Source: the human T2T-CHM13v2.0 reference genome, Homo sapiens. From it: DNA of 64,000 nucleotides. Within the stretch, counting starts at the first letter, position 1. The number at the start of each line of letters is the position of its first letter. The position numbers and the translations under genes are program-made. Below the pieces are notes generated by a model that was not told the origin of the DNA, made no database searches, and saw nothing but the letters and a program-made list of their open reading frames with translations. The DNA is taken from assembly GCF_009914755.1 (NCBI RefSeq), contig NC_060940.1. The stretch is one strand, 5' to 3'. Below, piece by piece: positions 28,301 to 42,950 of this stretch.

Positions 28301-31300
28301 CGTTGGAGTCCATACGATGATTCCATTTGATTTCATTTGATGATGATTCCATTCGATGAGGATTACATTGGATTCCATTCTATGATTCCATTCAATTCCA
28401 TTCGTTGATGATTCGATTCCATTCAATGATGATTCCATTTGAGTTCATTCGATGATTCTATTCGATTCCGTTCGATGGTGATTCAATTCTATTATATTGG
28501 ATGATTCCACTCGATTCCATTTGATGATTATTCCATTGGAGTCCACTTAGTGAATCCTTTAGATTCTACTCGACGATGATTCCATTCGAGTCCATTCGAT
28601 GATACCATTCAATTCCATTCGTTGATGCTTCCATTCAAGTGCATTCGATGATATCATTCGATTCCATTTGATGATAATTCCATTTGATTCCATGCGATGA
28701 TTCTATTCGATTCCATTCAATGATAATTCCATTCAATTCAGTGATTCCTCTGGACTCCATTTGATGATGATTCCATTCAATGATTCCATTCGATTCTATT
28801 CGAAAATGATTCCATTTGAATCCATTTGATGATGATTCCATTAGATTCCATTTGATGATTCCATTCGATTCCATTCGACGATGATTCCATTCGATTCCGT
28901 TTGATGATTCCATTCTATTCTATTCGATGATGATTCCATTCGATTCCATTCGATGATGATTGGATTCGATTCCATTTGATGATTTCATTTGATTCCATTC
29001 GTTAATGATTTCGATCAATTCCATTCGATGATTCCATTCGATTCCATTCGATAATGATTACATCCGAGTCCATTCGATGATTCCCTTTGAGCCTGTTCGA
29101 TAATTCCATTTGAGTCCAACCAATGATTCCATTCATTTCCATTCAATGATTCCATTCGAGTCCATTTGATCATTCCGGTAGGGTCCATTCGATGTTGATT
29201 CCATTGGAGTGCCTTCGATGATTCCATTCGAGTCCATTTTAGGATTTGATTCGAGTCCTTTCGACGATTCCATTCAATTCCACTCGATGATGATTTCATT
29301 CGAGTCCATTCGACACTTCCAATCGATTCCATTTGATGATTCCATTCGAGTCCAATTGATGATTCCATTCAATTCCATTCGATGATGATTCCGTACGATT
29401 CCATTCTGTGATGATTGCATGTGATTGCATTCAATGATGATTCCTTTCGATTGCATTCGATTATGATTCATTTCGTGTTCATTCTATGGTTCCACAGGTT
29501 TCCATTCGTGTCCATTCCATTATTCCATTCTATTCCATTTGATGATGATTCCATTCGATTCCATTCATTGGTGATTCCACTCAATTCCATTCAATGATTC
29601 CATTCCATTTCTTTCAACAATGATTCCATTAGTTTCTAATCGATGATCCACTTGATTCCATTTGACGACGATTCCATTCTTGTCCATTCGATGATTCCAT
29701 TTGATTCCATATGATGATGATTCCATTCGATTCCATACCATGATGATTCCATTCGAGTCCATTCAATGGTGATTCCATTGAATTCCATTCGATGATTCCT
29801 TTTGATTCCATTCGATGATGATGGCATTCGATTCCTTTCAATCATTCCCTTTGATTCCATTCAAAGGTGATTTCATTCAAGTCCATTCGATAATTGCATT
29901 CGATTCCATTCTATGATGATTCCATTCGAGTCCATTTGATGATTCCATTCAATTCAAGTCAATGATGATTCCATTCGATTCCATTCGATGATTCCATTGG
30001 ATTCCATTCGATGATGATTCCATTCAAATCCATTCGATAATTCAATTCAAGTCCATTCGATGATGATTCCAATCGAATCCATTCAAAGATTCCATTCAGT
30101 TCCATTCGATGATTCCCTTAGATTCCATTCGATGATTCCACTTGATTGCATTTACGATGATTCCATTCGATTCCATGTGATGATTCCATTCAATTCTATT
30201 CAATGATGTCTCCATTTGATTCCATTCGACCATGATTGCCTTTGATTCCATTCAATGATTCCATTCGGTTCCGTTTGATGATGATTCCGTTCGATTCCAT
30301 TTGATGATTCCATTTGATTCCATTGGATGAGTCCATTCGATTACATTCGATGATTATTCCATTCGAGTGCATTAGATGATTCCATTCGAGTCCATTCGAT
30401 GATTCCATTCGATTCCATTCGATGTTGATTCTGTTCAAATCCATTCGATGATTCCACTCGATTCCATTCGTTGACTCCATTTGATCCCATTTGATGATTT
30501 CCTTTGATTCCCTTTGATGATCATTCCATTTGATTCAATTCGGTGATTTCATTTGATTCCATTCAGTGATGTTTCCATTCGACTCCATTCGATGATGATT
30601 CCATTCGACTCCATTCGATTATGATTTCATTCAATTCCATTCGATAATGATTCCCTTCGAGTCCATTCGATGATTCCATTCGATTCCATTCAACGATGAT
30701 TTGATTCGTGTCCATTCGATGATTCCATTTGATTCCACTTGATGATGATTCCATTCGAGTCCATTTGATGATTCCATTCAATTCCATACTCCGATGATTT
30801 CTTTTGAGCCCACTCAATGCTTCCACTCGATTCCATATGATGATGACTCCATTCGATGAAATTCGATGATGATTCCATTCGCTTGCTTTCGATGATGATT
30901 CCACTTGAGTCCGTTAGAAGATTCTATTCAATTACATTCCATGACGATTCCGTTCGAGTCCATTTGATGATTCCATTAGACTCCATTCGACGATGATTCC
31001 ATTCGATGTTATTCCATGATTCCATTCGATCTCATTCGATGATGATTCCATTCAACTCCATTCGATGTTTCCATTCGAGTTCATTCTATTATTCCATTAG
31101 ATTCCATTCGATGATGATTCCATTCGATTCCATTTGATGATTGCATTCTATTTCATTTGATGATGATTCCATTCGAGTCCACTCGATGATTCCATTCGAG
31201 TCCATTTAATGAATCCATTGGTTTCAATTCTATGATGATTACATTGGATTCCATTCGTTGATGATTTCATTCGGTTCCATTCAATGATGATTCCATTCAA

Positions 31301-31424
31301 TTCCTTTCAATGTTTCCATTCAATTCCATACGATGATGATTCCATTTGATTTGATTCGACAGTGAGCCATTCGATTCAATTCCATGATGATTCTATTTGA
31401 TTCAATTGGTTGACATTTCCATTC
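25313..31424 (+). repeat. Higher-order unit 5 (6112 bp)
   Basis: Marker at 25363, next at 31475. Confidence 0.9.
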
Positions 31425-34400
31425 GATTCCATTCGATGATGATTCCCTTTGATTCCGTTCCAAGATGATTCCATTCTAGCCCATTCAATCATTCCATTCG
31501 ATTCTATTCAATGATGATTCCATTCATGTCGATTTGGTGATTCCATTTGACTTCATTTGATGATGATTCCTTTCAAGTTCATTAGATGATTCCATTCGAT
31601 TCCATTTGATGATGATCCCATTCGAGTCCATTCAGTGATTCCATTCGTTTCCATTCCATGATGATTCCATTCCTTTCCATTCAATGATTCCATTCGATTC
31701 CGTCTGATGATGATTTCATTCGAGTCCATTCGATGATTCTATTCGAATCCATTTGATGATTTCTTTTGATTATATTTGGTGATGATTCCATTGGAGTCCA
31801 TTCAATGATTCCATTCTATTCCAATCGATGATGATTCCATTAGAGTCCATTTAATGATTCCATTTGATTCCAGTCTCTGATGATTACATTCGAGTCCATA
31901 CGATGATTCCACTCAATTCCATATGATGATGATTCCATTTGATTCCATTCGATGATTCCATTCTATTCTATTCAATGGTGATTCCATTCGAGTACATTAG
32001 ATGATTCCATTCGATTCCATTCAATGATGATTCTATTTGTGTCCCTTAGATGATTCCACATGATTCCATTAGATGATGATACTATTTGAGCCCATCCAAT
32101 GATTCCCTTCGATTCCATTCGATGAGGATTCCATTCGATTCAATTCATTGGTGATTCTATTCAATTCAATTCTTTGATTCCATTCCATTCCATTCGACAA
32201 TGATTCCATTCGATTTCTTTCGATGATTCCACTCGATTCCACTTGACATTGATTCCATTCGATTCCATTCAATGATTCCATTTGATTCCAGTGGATGATG
32301 ATTGCCATCGATTCCATTCGATCACTCCATTCTATTCCATTTGATGATGATTACATTCGATTCCATTTGATGATTCCATCTGATTCTATTCGAGGATTCC
32401 ATTTGATTCCATTCGATGATGATTCCATTCGAGTCCATTCGATGATTTCATTCGAGTACATCCAATGATTCCATTCGAGTCCATTAGATGATTCCATTTG
32501 ATTCCATTTGAAAATGATTCTACTAGAGTCCATTCAATGACTCCATTCGAGTCCATTCAACAATTCCATTCGACTCCATTCGATGATTCCATTCGATTCC
32601 ATTTGATGGTTCCATTCGAGTCCATTTAATCATTACAGTCGAGCCCATTTGTTGATTCCACTGGATTTCTTTTGATAATGATACCATTCAATTACATTTG
32701 ATGATGATCCCATTCAACTTCATTTGATGATGATTCCATTAGAGTCCATTCGATGATTTCATTCGAGTCCCTTCATTGATTCCATCCGATTTCATTGGAT
32801 GATGACTCCATTCGAGTCCATTCGATGATTCCACTCGATTCCATTAGATGACTCCATTGGAGTCCATTTGATTGTTCCATTCGATTCCATTCGATTCCTT
32901 TCGAAGATTATTCCATTTGAGTCCATTCGATGATGATTCCATTCCATTCCATTCGATGATTCCGTTTGATTCCATTCGATGATTCCCTTCGATTCCTTTC
33001 TTTGATGATTCCATTCCATTCCATTCAATGATTCCATTCGAATCTATTCCATGATGATTCCTTTCGATTCCATTCGCTGATGTTTCCGTTCAATTCCATT
33101 CGATGATGATTCCATTCGATTCCATTCATTGAGGATTCCATTTGATTCCATTCAATGATGATTCCATTCTATTCCATTCAATGATTGCATTCAATTCCAT
33201 TCAATGATTATCCCCTTAGAGTAAACTCAACGATTCCATTCAATACCATTCGATGATGATTCCTTTTGAGTCCATTCAATGATTTCATTCAAGTCCATTT
33301 GATGATTCCTTTCAATTCCATTCTATGATGATTCCATTCGAGTCCATTCGATGATTCCATTCGATTGCATTCGATGATTCCATTATATTCCATTCAACGG
33401 TGATTCCATTCGAGTCCATTCCATGATTCCATTAGAGTACATTTAATGATTGCTTTGTTTTCAATTCGAAGATGATTAAATTGGATTCCATTCTATGATA
33501 CCATTCGATTCCATTCAATGATGATTCCACTCAAATCCATTGGATGATTCCATTCGTGTCCATTCGGTGATTTCATTAGATTCCATTCGAGGATGATTCC
33601 ATTCAATTCCATTCGATGATGATTCCATTCCAGTCCATATGATCATTCCATTTGATTTCATTCGATGATGATTCCATTCGATTCCATTCGATGATTCCAT
33701 TCTATTCCATTCGATGATGATTCCATTCGAGTCCATTCGATGATTCCATTCGAGTCCATTTAATGATTCCATTGGGTTCAATTCAATGATGATTACATTG
33801 GATTCCGTTCTATGATTCCATTCAATTCCGTTCATTGACAATTTGATTCCATTCGATGATGATTCCATTTGAGTTCATTCGATGATTCTATTCGATTCTC
33901 TTTGATGGTGATTCAATTCTATTATATTGGATGATTCCATTCGATTCCATTTGATGTTGATTCAATTCGATTCTATTCGATGATGATTCCATTGGATTTC
34001 ACTTGATGATTCTATTCGATTCCATTCGATGATGATTCACTTCTCGTCCATTGGATGATTCCATTTCATTCCATTCGATGATGATTCCATTCGATTCCAT
34101 TCGATGATTCCATTTGATTCCATGCGACGGTGAGCAATTCGATTCAATTCCATGATGATTCTATTTGATTCAATTAGATGATGTTTCCATTCGAATCCAT
34201 TCCATGATTATTCCATTGGAATCCATTCGGCGATGATTCCATATGAGTCAATTCAATGATGATTCCATATGGGTCCGTTCGATGATAATTCCATTTGATT
34301 TCATTCGATGCTTCTATTCAATTCCAGTCGATGATGATTCCGTTGGAGTCCATACGATGATTCCATTTGATTTCATTTGATGATGATTCCATTCGATGAT

Positions 34401-37400
34401 GATTACATTGGATTCCATTCTATGATTCCATTCAATTCCATTCGTTGATGATTCGATTCCATTCAATGATGATTCCATTTGAGTTCATTCGATGATTCTA
34501 TTCGATTCCGTTCGATGGTGATTCAATTCTATTATATTGGATGATTCCACTCGATTCCATTTGATGATTATTCCATTGGAGTCCACTTAGTGAATCCTTT
34601 AGATTCTACTCGACGATGATTCCATTCGAGTCCATTCGATGATACCATTCAATTCCATTCATTGATGCTTCCATTCAAGTGCATTTGATGATATCATTCG
34701 ATTCCATTTGATGATAATTCCATTTGATTCCATGCGATGATTCTATTCGATTCCATTCAATGATAATTCCATTCAATTCAGTGATTCCTCTGGACTCCAT
34801 TTGATGATGATTCCATTCAATGATTCCATTCGATTCTATTCGAAAATGATTCCATTTGAATCCATTTGATGATGATTCCATTAGATTCCATTTGATGATT
34901 CCATTCGATTCCATTCGACGATGATTCCATTCGATTCCGTTTGATGATTCCATTCTATTCTATTCGATGATGATTCCATTCGATTCCATTCGATGATGAT
35001 TGGATTCGATTCCATTTGATGATTTCATTTGATTCCATTCGTTAATGATTTCGATCAATTCCATTCGATGATTCCATTCGATTCCATTCGATAATGATTA
35101 CATCCGAGTCCATTCGATGATTCCCTTTGAGCCTGTTCGATAATTCCATTTGAGTCCAACCAATGATTCCATTCATTTCCATTCAATGATTCCATTCGAG
35201 TCCATTTGATCATTCCGGTAGGGTCCATTCGATGATGATTCCATTGGAGTGCATTCGATGATTCCATTCGAGTCCATTTTAGGATTTGATTCGAGTCCTT
35301 TCGATGATTCCAATCGATTCCACTCGATGATGATTTCATTCGAGTCCATTCGACACTTCCAATCGATTCCATTTGATGATTCCATTCGAGTCCAATTGAT
35401 GATTCCATTCAATTCCATTCGATGATGATTCCGTACGATTCCATTCTGTGATGATTCCATGTGATTGCATTCAATGATGATTCCTTTCGATTGCATTCGA
35501 TTATGATTCATTTCGTGTTCATTCTATGGTTCCACAGGTTTCCATTCGTGTCCATTCCATTATTCCATTCTATTCCATTTGATGATGATTCCATTCGATT
35601 CCATTCATTGGTGATTCCACTCAATTCCATTCAATGATTCCATTCCATTTCTTTCAACAATGATTCCATTAGTTTCTAATCGATGATCCACTTGATTCCA
35701 TTTGACGACGATTCCATTCTTGTCCATTCGATGATTCCATTTGATTCCATATGATGATGATTCCATTCGATTCCATACCATGATGATTCCATTCGAGTCC
35801 ATTCAATGGTGATTCCATTCAATTCCATTCGATGATTCCTTTTGATTCCATTCGATGATGATGGCATTCGATTCCTTTCAATCATTCCCTTTGATTCCAT
35901 TCAAAGGTGATTTCATTCAAGTCCATTCGATAATTGCATTCGATTCCATTCTATGATGATTCCATTCGAGTCCATTTGATGATTCCATTCAATTCAAGTC
36001 AATGATGATTCCATTCGATTCCATTCGATGATTCCATTGGATTCCATTCGATGATGATTCCATTCAAATCCATTCGATAATTCAATTCAAGTCCATTCGA
36101 TGATGATTCCAATCGAATCCATTCAAAGATTCCATTCAGTTCCATTCGATGATTCCCTTAGATTCCATTCGATGATTCCACTTGATTGCATTTACGATGA
36201 TTCCATTCGATTCCATGTGATGATTCCATTCAATTCTATTCAATGATGTCTCCATTTGATTCCATTCGACCATGATTGCCTTTGATTCCATTCAATGATT
36301 CCATTCGGTTCCGTTTGATGATGATTCCGTTCGATTCCATTTGATGATTCCATTGGATTCCATTGGATGAGTCCATTCGATTACATTCGATGATTATTCC
36401 ATTCGAGTGCATTAGATGATTCCATTCGAGTCCATTCGATGATTCCATTCGATTCCATTCGATGTTGATTCTGTTCAAATCCATTCGATGATTCCACTCG
36501 ATTCCATTCGTTGACTCCATTTGATCCCATTCGATGATTTCCTTTGATTCCCTTTGATGATCATTCCATTTGATTCAATTCGGTGATTTCATTTGATTCC
36601 ATTCAGTGATGTTTCCATTCGACTCCATTCGATGATGATTCCATTCGACTCCATTCGATTATGATTTCATTCAATTCCATTCGATAATGATTCCCTTCGA
36701 GTCCATTCGATGATTCCATTCGATTCCATTCAACGATGATTTGATTCGTGTCCATTCGATGATTCCATTTGATTCCACTTGATGATGATTCCATTCGAGT
36801 CCATTTGATGATTCCATTCAATTCCATACTCCGATGATTTCTTTTGAGCCCACTCAATGCTTCCACTCGATTCCATATGATGATGACTCCATTCGATGAA
36901 ATTCGATGATGATTCCATTCGCTTGCTTTCGATGATGATTCCACTTGAGTCCGTTAGAAGATTCTATTCAACTACATTCCAGGACGATTCCGTTCGAGTC
37001 CATTTGATGATTCCATTAGACTCCATTCGACGATGATTCCATTCGATGTTATTCGATGATTCCATTCGATCTCATTCGATGATGATTCCATTCAACTCCA
37101 TTCGATGTTTCCATTCGAGTTCATTCTATTATTCCATTAGATTCCATTCGATGATGATTCCATTCGATTCCATTTGATGATTGCATTCTATTTCATTTGA
37201 TGATGATTCCATTCGAGTCCACTCGATGATTCCATTCGAGTCCATTTAATGAATCCATTGGTTTCAATTCTATGATGATTACATTGGATTCCATTCGTTG
37301 ATGATTTCATTCGGTTCCATTCAATGATGATTCCATTCAATTCCTTTCAATGTTTCCATTCAATTCCATACGATGATGATTCCATTTGATTTGATTCGAC

Positions 37401-37464
37401 AGTGAGCCATTCGATTCAATTCCATGATGATTCTATTTGATTCCATTGGTTGACATTTCCATTC
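31425..37464 (+). repeat. Higher-order unit 6 (6040 bp; 49-bp and 23-bp deletions)
   Basis: Marker at 31475, next at 37515. Deletions visible near 31730 and 33600. Confidence 0.9.
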
Positions 37465-40400
37465 GATTCCATTCGATGATGATTCCCTTTGATTCCGTTC
37501 AAAGATGATTCCATTCTAGCCCATTCAATCATTCCATTCGATTCTATTCAATGATGATTCCATTCATGTCGATTTGGTGATTCCATTTGACTTCATTTGA
37601 TGATGATTCCTTTCAAGTTCATTAGATGATTCCATTCGATTCCATTTGATGATGATCCCATTCGAGTCCATTCAGTGATTCCATTCGTTTCCATTCCATG
37701 ATGATTCCATTCCTTTCCATTCAATGATTCCATTCGATTCCGTTTGATGATGATTTCATTCGAGTCCATTTGATGATTCCATTTGATTCCATTCGATGAT
37801 GATTCCATTCGAGTCCATTCGATGATTCTATTCGAATCCATTTGATGATTTCTTTTGATTATATTTGGTGATGATTCCATTGGAGTCCATTCAATGATTC
37901 CATTCTATTCCAATCGATGATGATTCCATTAGAGTCCATTTAATGATTCCATTTGATTCCAGTCTCTGATGATTACATTCGAGTCCATACGATGATTCCA
38001 CTCAATTCCATATGATGATGATTCCATTCGATTCCATTCGGTGATTCCATTCTATTCTATTCAATGGTGATTCCATTCGAGTACATTAGATGATTCCATT
38101 CGATTCCATTCAATGATGATTCTATTTGTGTCCCTTAGATGATTCCACATGATTCCATTAGATGATGATACTATTTGAGCCCATCCAATGATTCCCTTCG
38201 ATTCCATTCGATGAGGATTCCATTCGATTCATTTCATTGGTGATTCTATTCAATTCAATTCTTTGATTCCATTCCATTCCATTCGACAATGATTCCATTC
38301 GATTTCTTTCGATGATTCCACTCGATTCCACTTGACATTGATTCCATTCGATTCCATTCAATGATTCCATTTGATTCCAGTGGATGATGATTGCCATCGA
38401 TTCCATTCGATCACTCCATTCTATTCCATTTGATGATGATTACATTCGATTCCATTTGATGATTCCATCTGATTCTATTCGAGGATTCCATTTGATTCCA
38501 TTCGATGATGATTCCATTCGAGTCCATTCGATGATTTCATTCGAGTACATCCAATGATTCCATTCGAGTCCATTAGATGATTCCATTTGATTCCATTTGA
38601 AAATGATTCTACTAGAGTCCATTCAATGACTCCATTCGAGTCCATTCAACAATTCCATTCGACTCCATTCGATGATTCCATTCGATTCCATTTGATGGTT
38701 CCATTCGAGTCCATTTAATCATTACAGTCGAGTCCATTTGGTGATTCCACTGGATTTCTTTTGATAATGATACCATTCAATTACATTTGATGATGATCCC
38801 ATTCAATTTCATTTGATGATGATTCCATTAGAGTCCATTCGATGATTTCATTCGAGTCCCTTCATTGATTCCATCCGATTTCATTGGATGATGACTCCAT
38901 TCGAGTCCATTCGATGATTCCACTCGATTCCATTAGATGATTCCATTGGAGTCCATTTGATTGTTCCATTCGATTCCATTCGATTCCTTTCGAAGATTAT
39001 TCCATTTGAGTCCATTCGATGATGATTCCATTCCATTCCATTCGATGATTCCGTTTGATTCCATTCGATGATTCCCTTCGATTCCTTTCTTTGATGATTC
39101 CATTCCATTCCATTCAATGATTCCATTCGAATCTATTCCATGATGATTCCTTTCGATTCCATTCGATGATGTTTCCGTTCAATTCCATTCGATGATGATT
39201 CCATTCGATTCCATTCATTGAGGATTCCATTTGATTCCATTCAATGATGATTCCATTTTATTCCATTCAATGATTGCATTCAATTCCATTCAATGATTAT
39301 CCCATTAGAGTAAACTCAACGATTCCATTCAATACCATTCGATGATGATTCCTTTTGAGTCCATTCAATGATTTCATTCAAGTCCATTTGATGATTCCTT
39401 TCAATTCCATTCTATGATGATTCCATTCGAGTCCATTCGATGATTCCATTCGATTGCATTCGATGATTCCATTATATTCCATTCAACGGTGATTCCATTC
39501 GAGTCCATTCCATGATTCCATTAGAGTACATTTAATGATTGCTTTGTTTTCAATTCGAAGATGATTACATTGGATTGCATTCTATGATACCATTCGATTC
39601 CATTCAATGATGATTCCACTCAAATCCATTGGATGATTCCATTCGTGTCCATTCGGTGATTTCATTAGATTCCATTCGAGGATGATTCCATTCGATTCCA
39701 TTCGATGATTCCATTCAATTCCATTCGATGATGATTCCATTCCAGTCCATATGATCATTCCATTTGATTTCATTCGATGATGATTCCATTCGATTCCATT
39801 CGATGATTCCATTCTATTCCATTCGATGATGATTCCATTCGAGTCCATTCGATGATTCCATTCGAGTCCATTTAATGATTCCATTGGGTTCAATTCAATG
39901 ATGATTACATTGGATTCCGTTCTATGATTCCATTCAATTCCGTTCATTGACAATTTGATTCCATTCGATGATGATTCCATTTGAGTTCATTCGATGATTC
40001 TATTCGATTCTCTTCGATGGTGATTCAATTCTATTATATTGGATGATTCCATTCGATTCCATTTGATGTTGATTCAATTCGATTCTATTCGATGATGATT
40101 CCATTGGATTTCACTTGATGATTCTATTCGATTCCATTCAATGATGATTCACTTCTCGTCCATTGGATGATTCCATTTCATTCCATTCGATGATGATTCC
40201 ATTCGATTCCATTCGATGATTCCATTTGATTCCATGCGACGGTGAGCAATTCGATTCAATTCCATGATGATTCTATTTGATTCAATTAGATGATGTTTCC
40301 ATTCGAATCCATTCCATGATTATTCCATTGGAATCCATTCGGCGATGATTCCATATGAGTCAATTCAATGATGATTCCATATGGGTCCGTTCGATGATAA

Positions 40401-42950
40401 TTCCATTTGATTTCATTCGATGCTTCTATTCTATTCCAGTCGATGATGATTCCGTTGGAGTCCATACGATGATTCCATTTGATTTCATTTGATGATGATT
40501 CCATTCGATGATGATTACATTGGATTCCATTCTATGATTCCATTCAATTCCATTCGTTGATGATTCGATTCCATTCAATGATGATTCCATTTGAGTTCAT
40601 TCGATGATTCTATTCGATTCCGTTCGATGGTGATTCAATTCTCTTATATTGGATGATTCCACTCGATTCCATTTGATGATTATTCCATTGGAGTCCACTT
40701 AGTGAATCCTTTAGATTCTACTCGAGGATGATTCCATTCGAGTCCATTCAATGATACCATTCAATTTCATTCGTTGATGCTTCCATTCAAGTGCATTCGA
40801 TGATATCATTTGATTCCATTTGATGATAATTCCATTTCATTCCATGCGATGATTCTATTCGATTCCATTCAATGATAATTCCATTCAATTCAGTGATTCC
40901 TCTGGACTCCATTTGATGATGATTCCATTCAATGATTCCATTCGATTCTATTCCAATATGATTCCATTTGAATCCATTTGATGATGATTCCATTAGATTC
41001 CATTTGATGATTCCATTCGATTCCATTTGACGATGATTCCATTCGATTCCATTTGATGATTCCATTCTATTCTATTCGATGATGATTCCATTCGATTCCA
41101 TTTGATGATGATTGGATTCGATTCCATTTGATGATTTCATTTGATTCCATTCGTTAATGATTTCGATCAACTCCATTCGATGATTCCATTTGATTCCATT
41201 CGATAATGATTACATCCGAGTCCATTCGATGATTCCATTTGAGCCCGTTCGATAATTCCATTTGAGTCCAATCAATGATTCCATTCATTTCCATTCAATG
41301 ATTCCATTCGAGTCCATTTGATCATTCTGGTAGGGTCCGTTCGATGTTGATTCCATTGGAGTGCATTCGATGATTCCATTCGAGTCCATTTTATGATTTG
41401 ATTCGAGTCCTTTCGATGATTCCATTCGATTCCACTCGATGATGATTTCATTCGAGTCCATTCGACACTTCCAATCGATTCCATTTGATGTTTCCATTCG
41501 AGTCCAATTGATGATTCCATTCAATTCCATTCGATGATGATTCCGTACGATTCCATTCTGTGATGATTCCATGTGATTGCATTCAATGATGATTCCTTTC
41601 GATTGCATTCGATTATGATTCATTTCGTGTTCATTCTATGGTTCCACAGGTTTCCATTCGATGACGTTTCCGTTCGTGTCCATTCCATTATTCCATTCTA
41701 TTTCATTTGATGATGATTCCATTCGATTCCATTCATTGGTGATTCCACTCAATTCCATTCAATGATTCCATTCCATTTCTTTCAACAATGATTCCCTTAG
41801 TTTCTATTCGATGATCCACTTGATTCCATTTGGCGATGATTCCATTCGTGTCCATTTGATGATTCCATTTGATTCCATATGATGATGATTCCATTCGATT
41901 CCATACCATGATGATTCCATTCGAGTCCATTCAATGGTGATTCCATTCAATTCCATTCGATGATTCCTTCCGATTCCATTCGATGATGATGGCATTCGAT
42001 TCCTTTCAATCATTCCCTTTGATTCCATTCAAAGGTGATTTCATTCAAGTCCATTCGATAATTGCATTCGATTCCATTCTATGATGATTCCATTCGAGTC
42101 CATTTGATGATTCCATTCAATTCAAGTCAATGATGATTCCATTCGATTCCACTCGATGATTCCTTTGGATTCCATTCGATGATGATTCCATTCAAATCCA
42201 TTCGATAATTCAATTCAAGTCCATTCGATGATGATTCCAATCGAATCCATTCAAAGATTCCATTCAATTCCATTCGATGATGATTCCCTTAGATTCCATT
42301 CGATGATTCCACTTGATTCCATTTACGATGATTCCATTCGATTCCATGTGATGAATCCATTCAATTCTATTCAATGATGTTTCCATTTGATTCCATTGGA
42401 CCATGATTGCCTTTGATTCCATTCAATGATTCCATTCGGTTCCATTTGATGATGATTCCGTTCGATTCCATTTCATTATTCCATTTGATTCCATTGGATG
42501 AGTCCATTCGATTACATTCGATGATTATTCCATTCGAGTGCATTAGATGATTGCATTCGAGTCCATTCGATGATTCCATTCGATTCCATTCGATGTTGAT
42601 TCTGTTCAAATCCATTCGATGATTCCACTCGATTCCATTCGATGACTCCATTTGATCCCATTCGATGATTTCCTTTGATTCCCTTTGATGATCATTCTAT
42701 TTGATTCAATTCGGTGATTTCATTTCATTCCATTCAGTGATGTTTCCATTCGACTGTATTCGATGATGATTCCATTCGACTCCATTCGATTATGATTTCA
42801 TTCAATTCCATTCAATAATGATTCCCTTCGAGTCCATTCGATGATTCCATTCGATTCCATTCAACGATGATTTGATTCGTTTCCATTCGATGATTCCATT
42901 TGATTCCACTTGATGATGATTCCATTCGAGTCCATTTGATGATTCCATTC
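37465..42950 (+). repeat. Higher-order unit 7, 3'-truncated (~5.5 kb)
   Basis: Collinear with the unit until GAGTCCATTTGATGATTCCATTC at 42950, where the expected AATTCCATACTCCG is replaced by GAGTCTATTTATGTATTATA. Confidence 0.88.
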
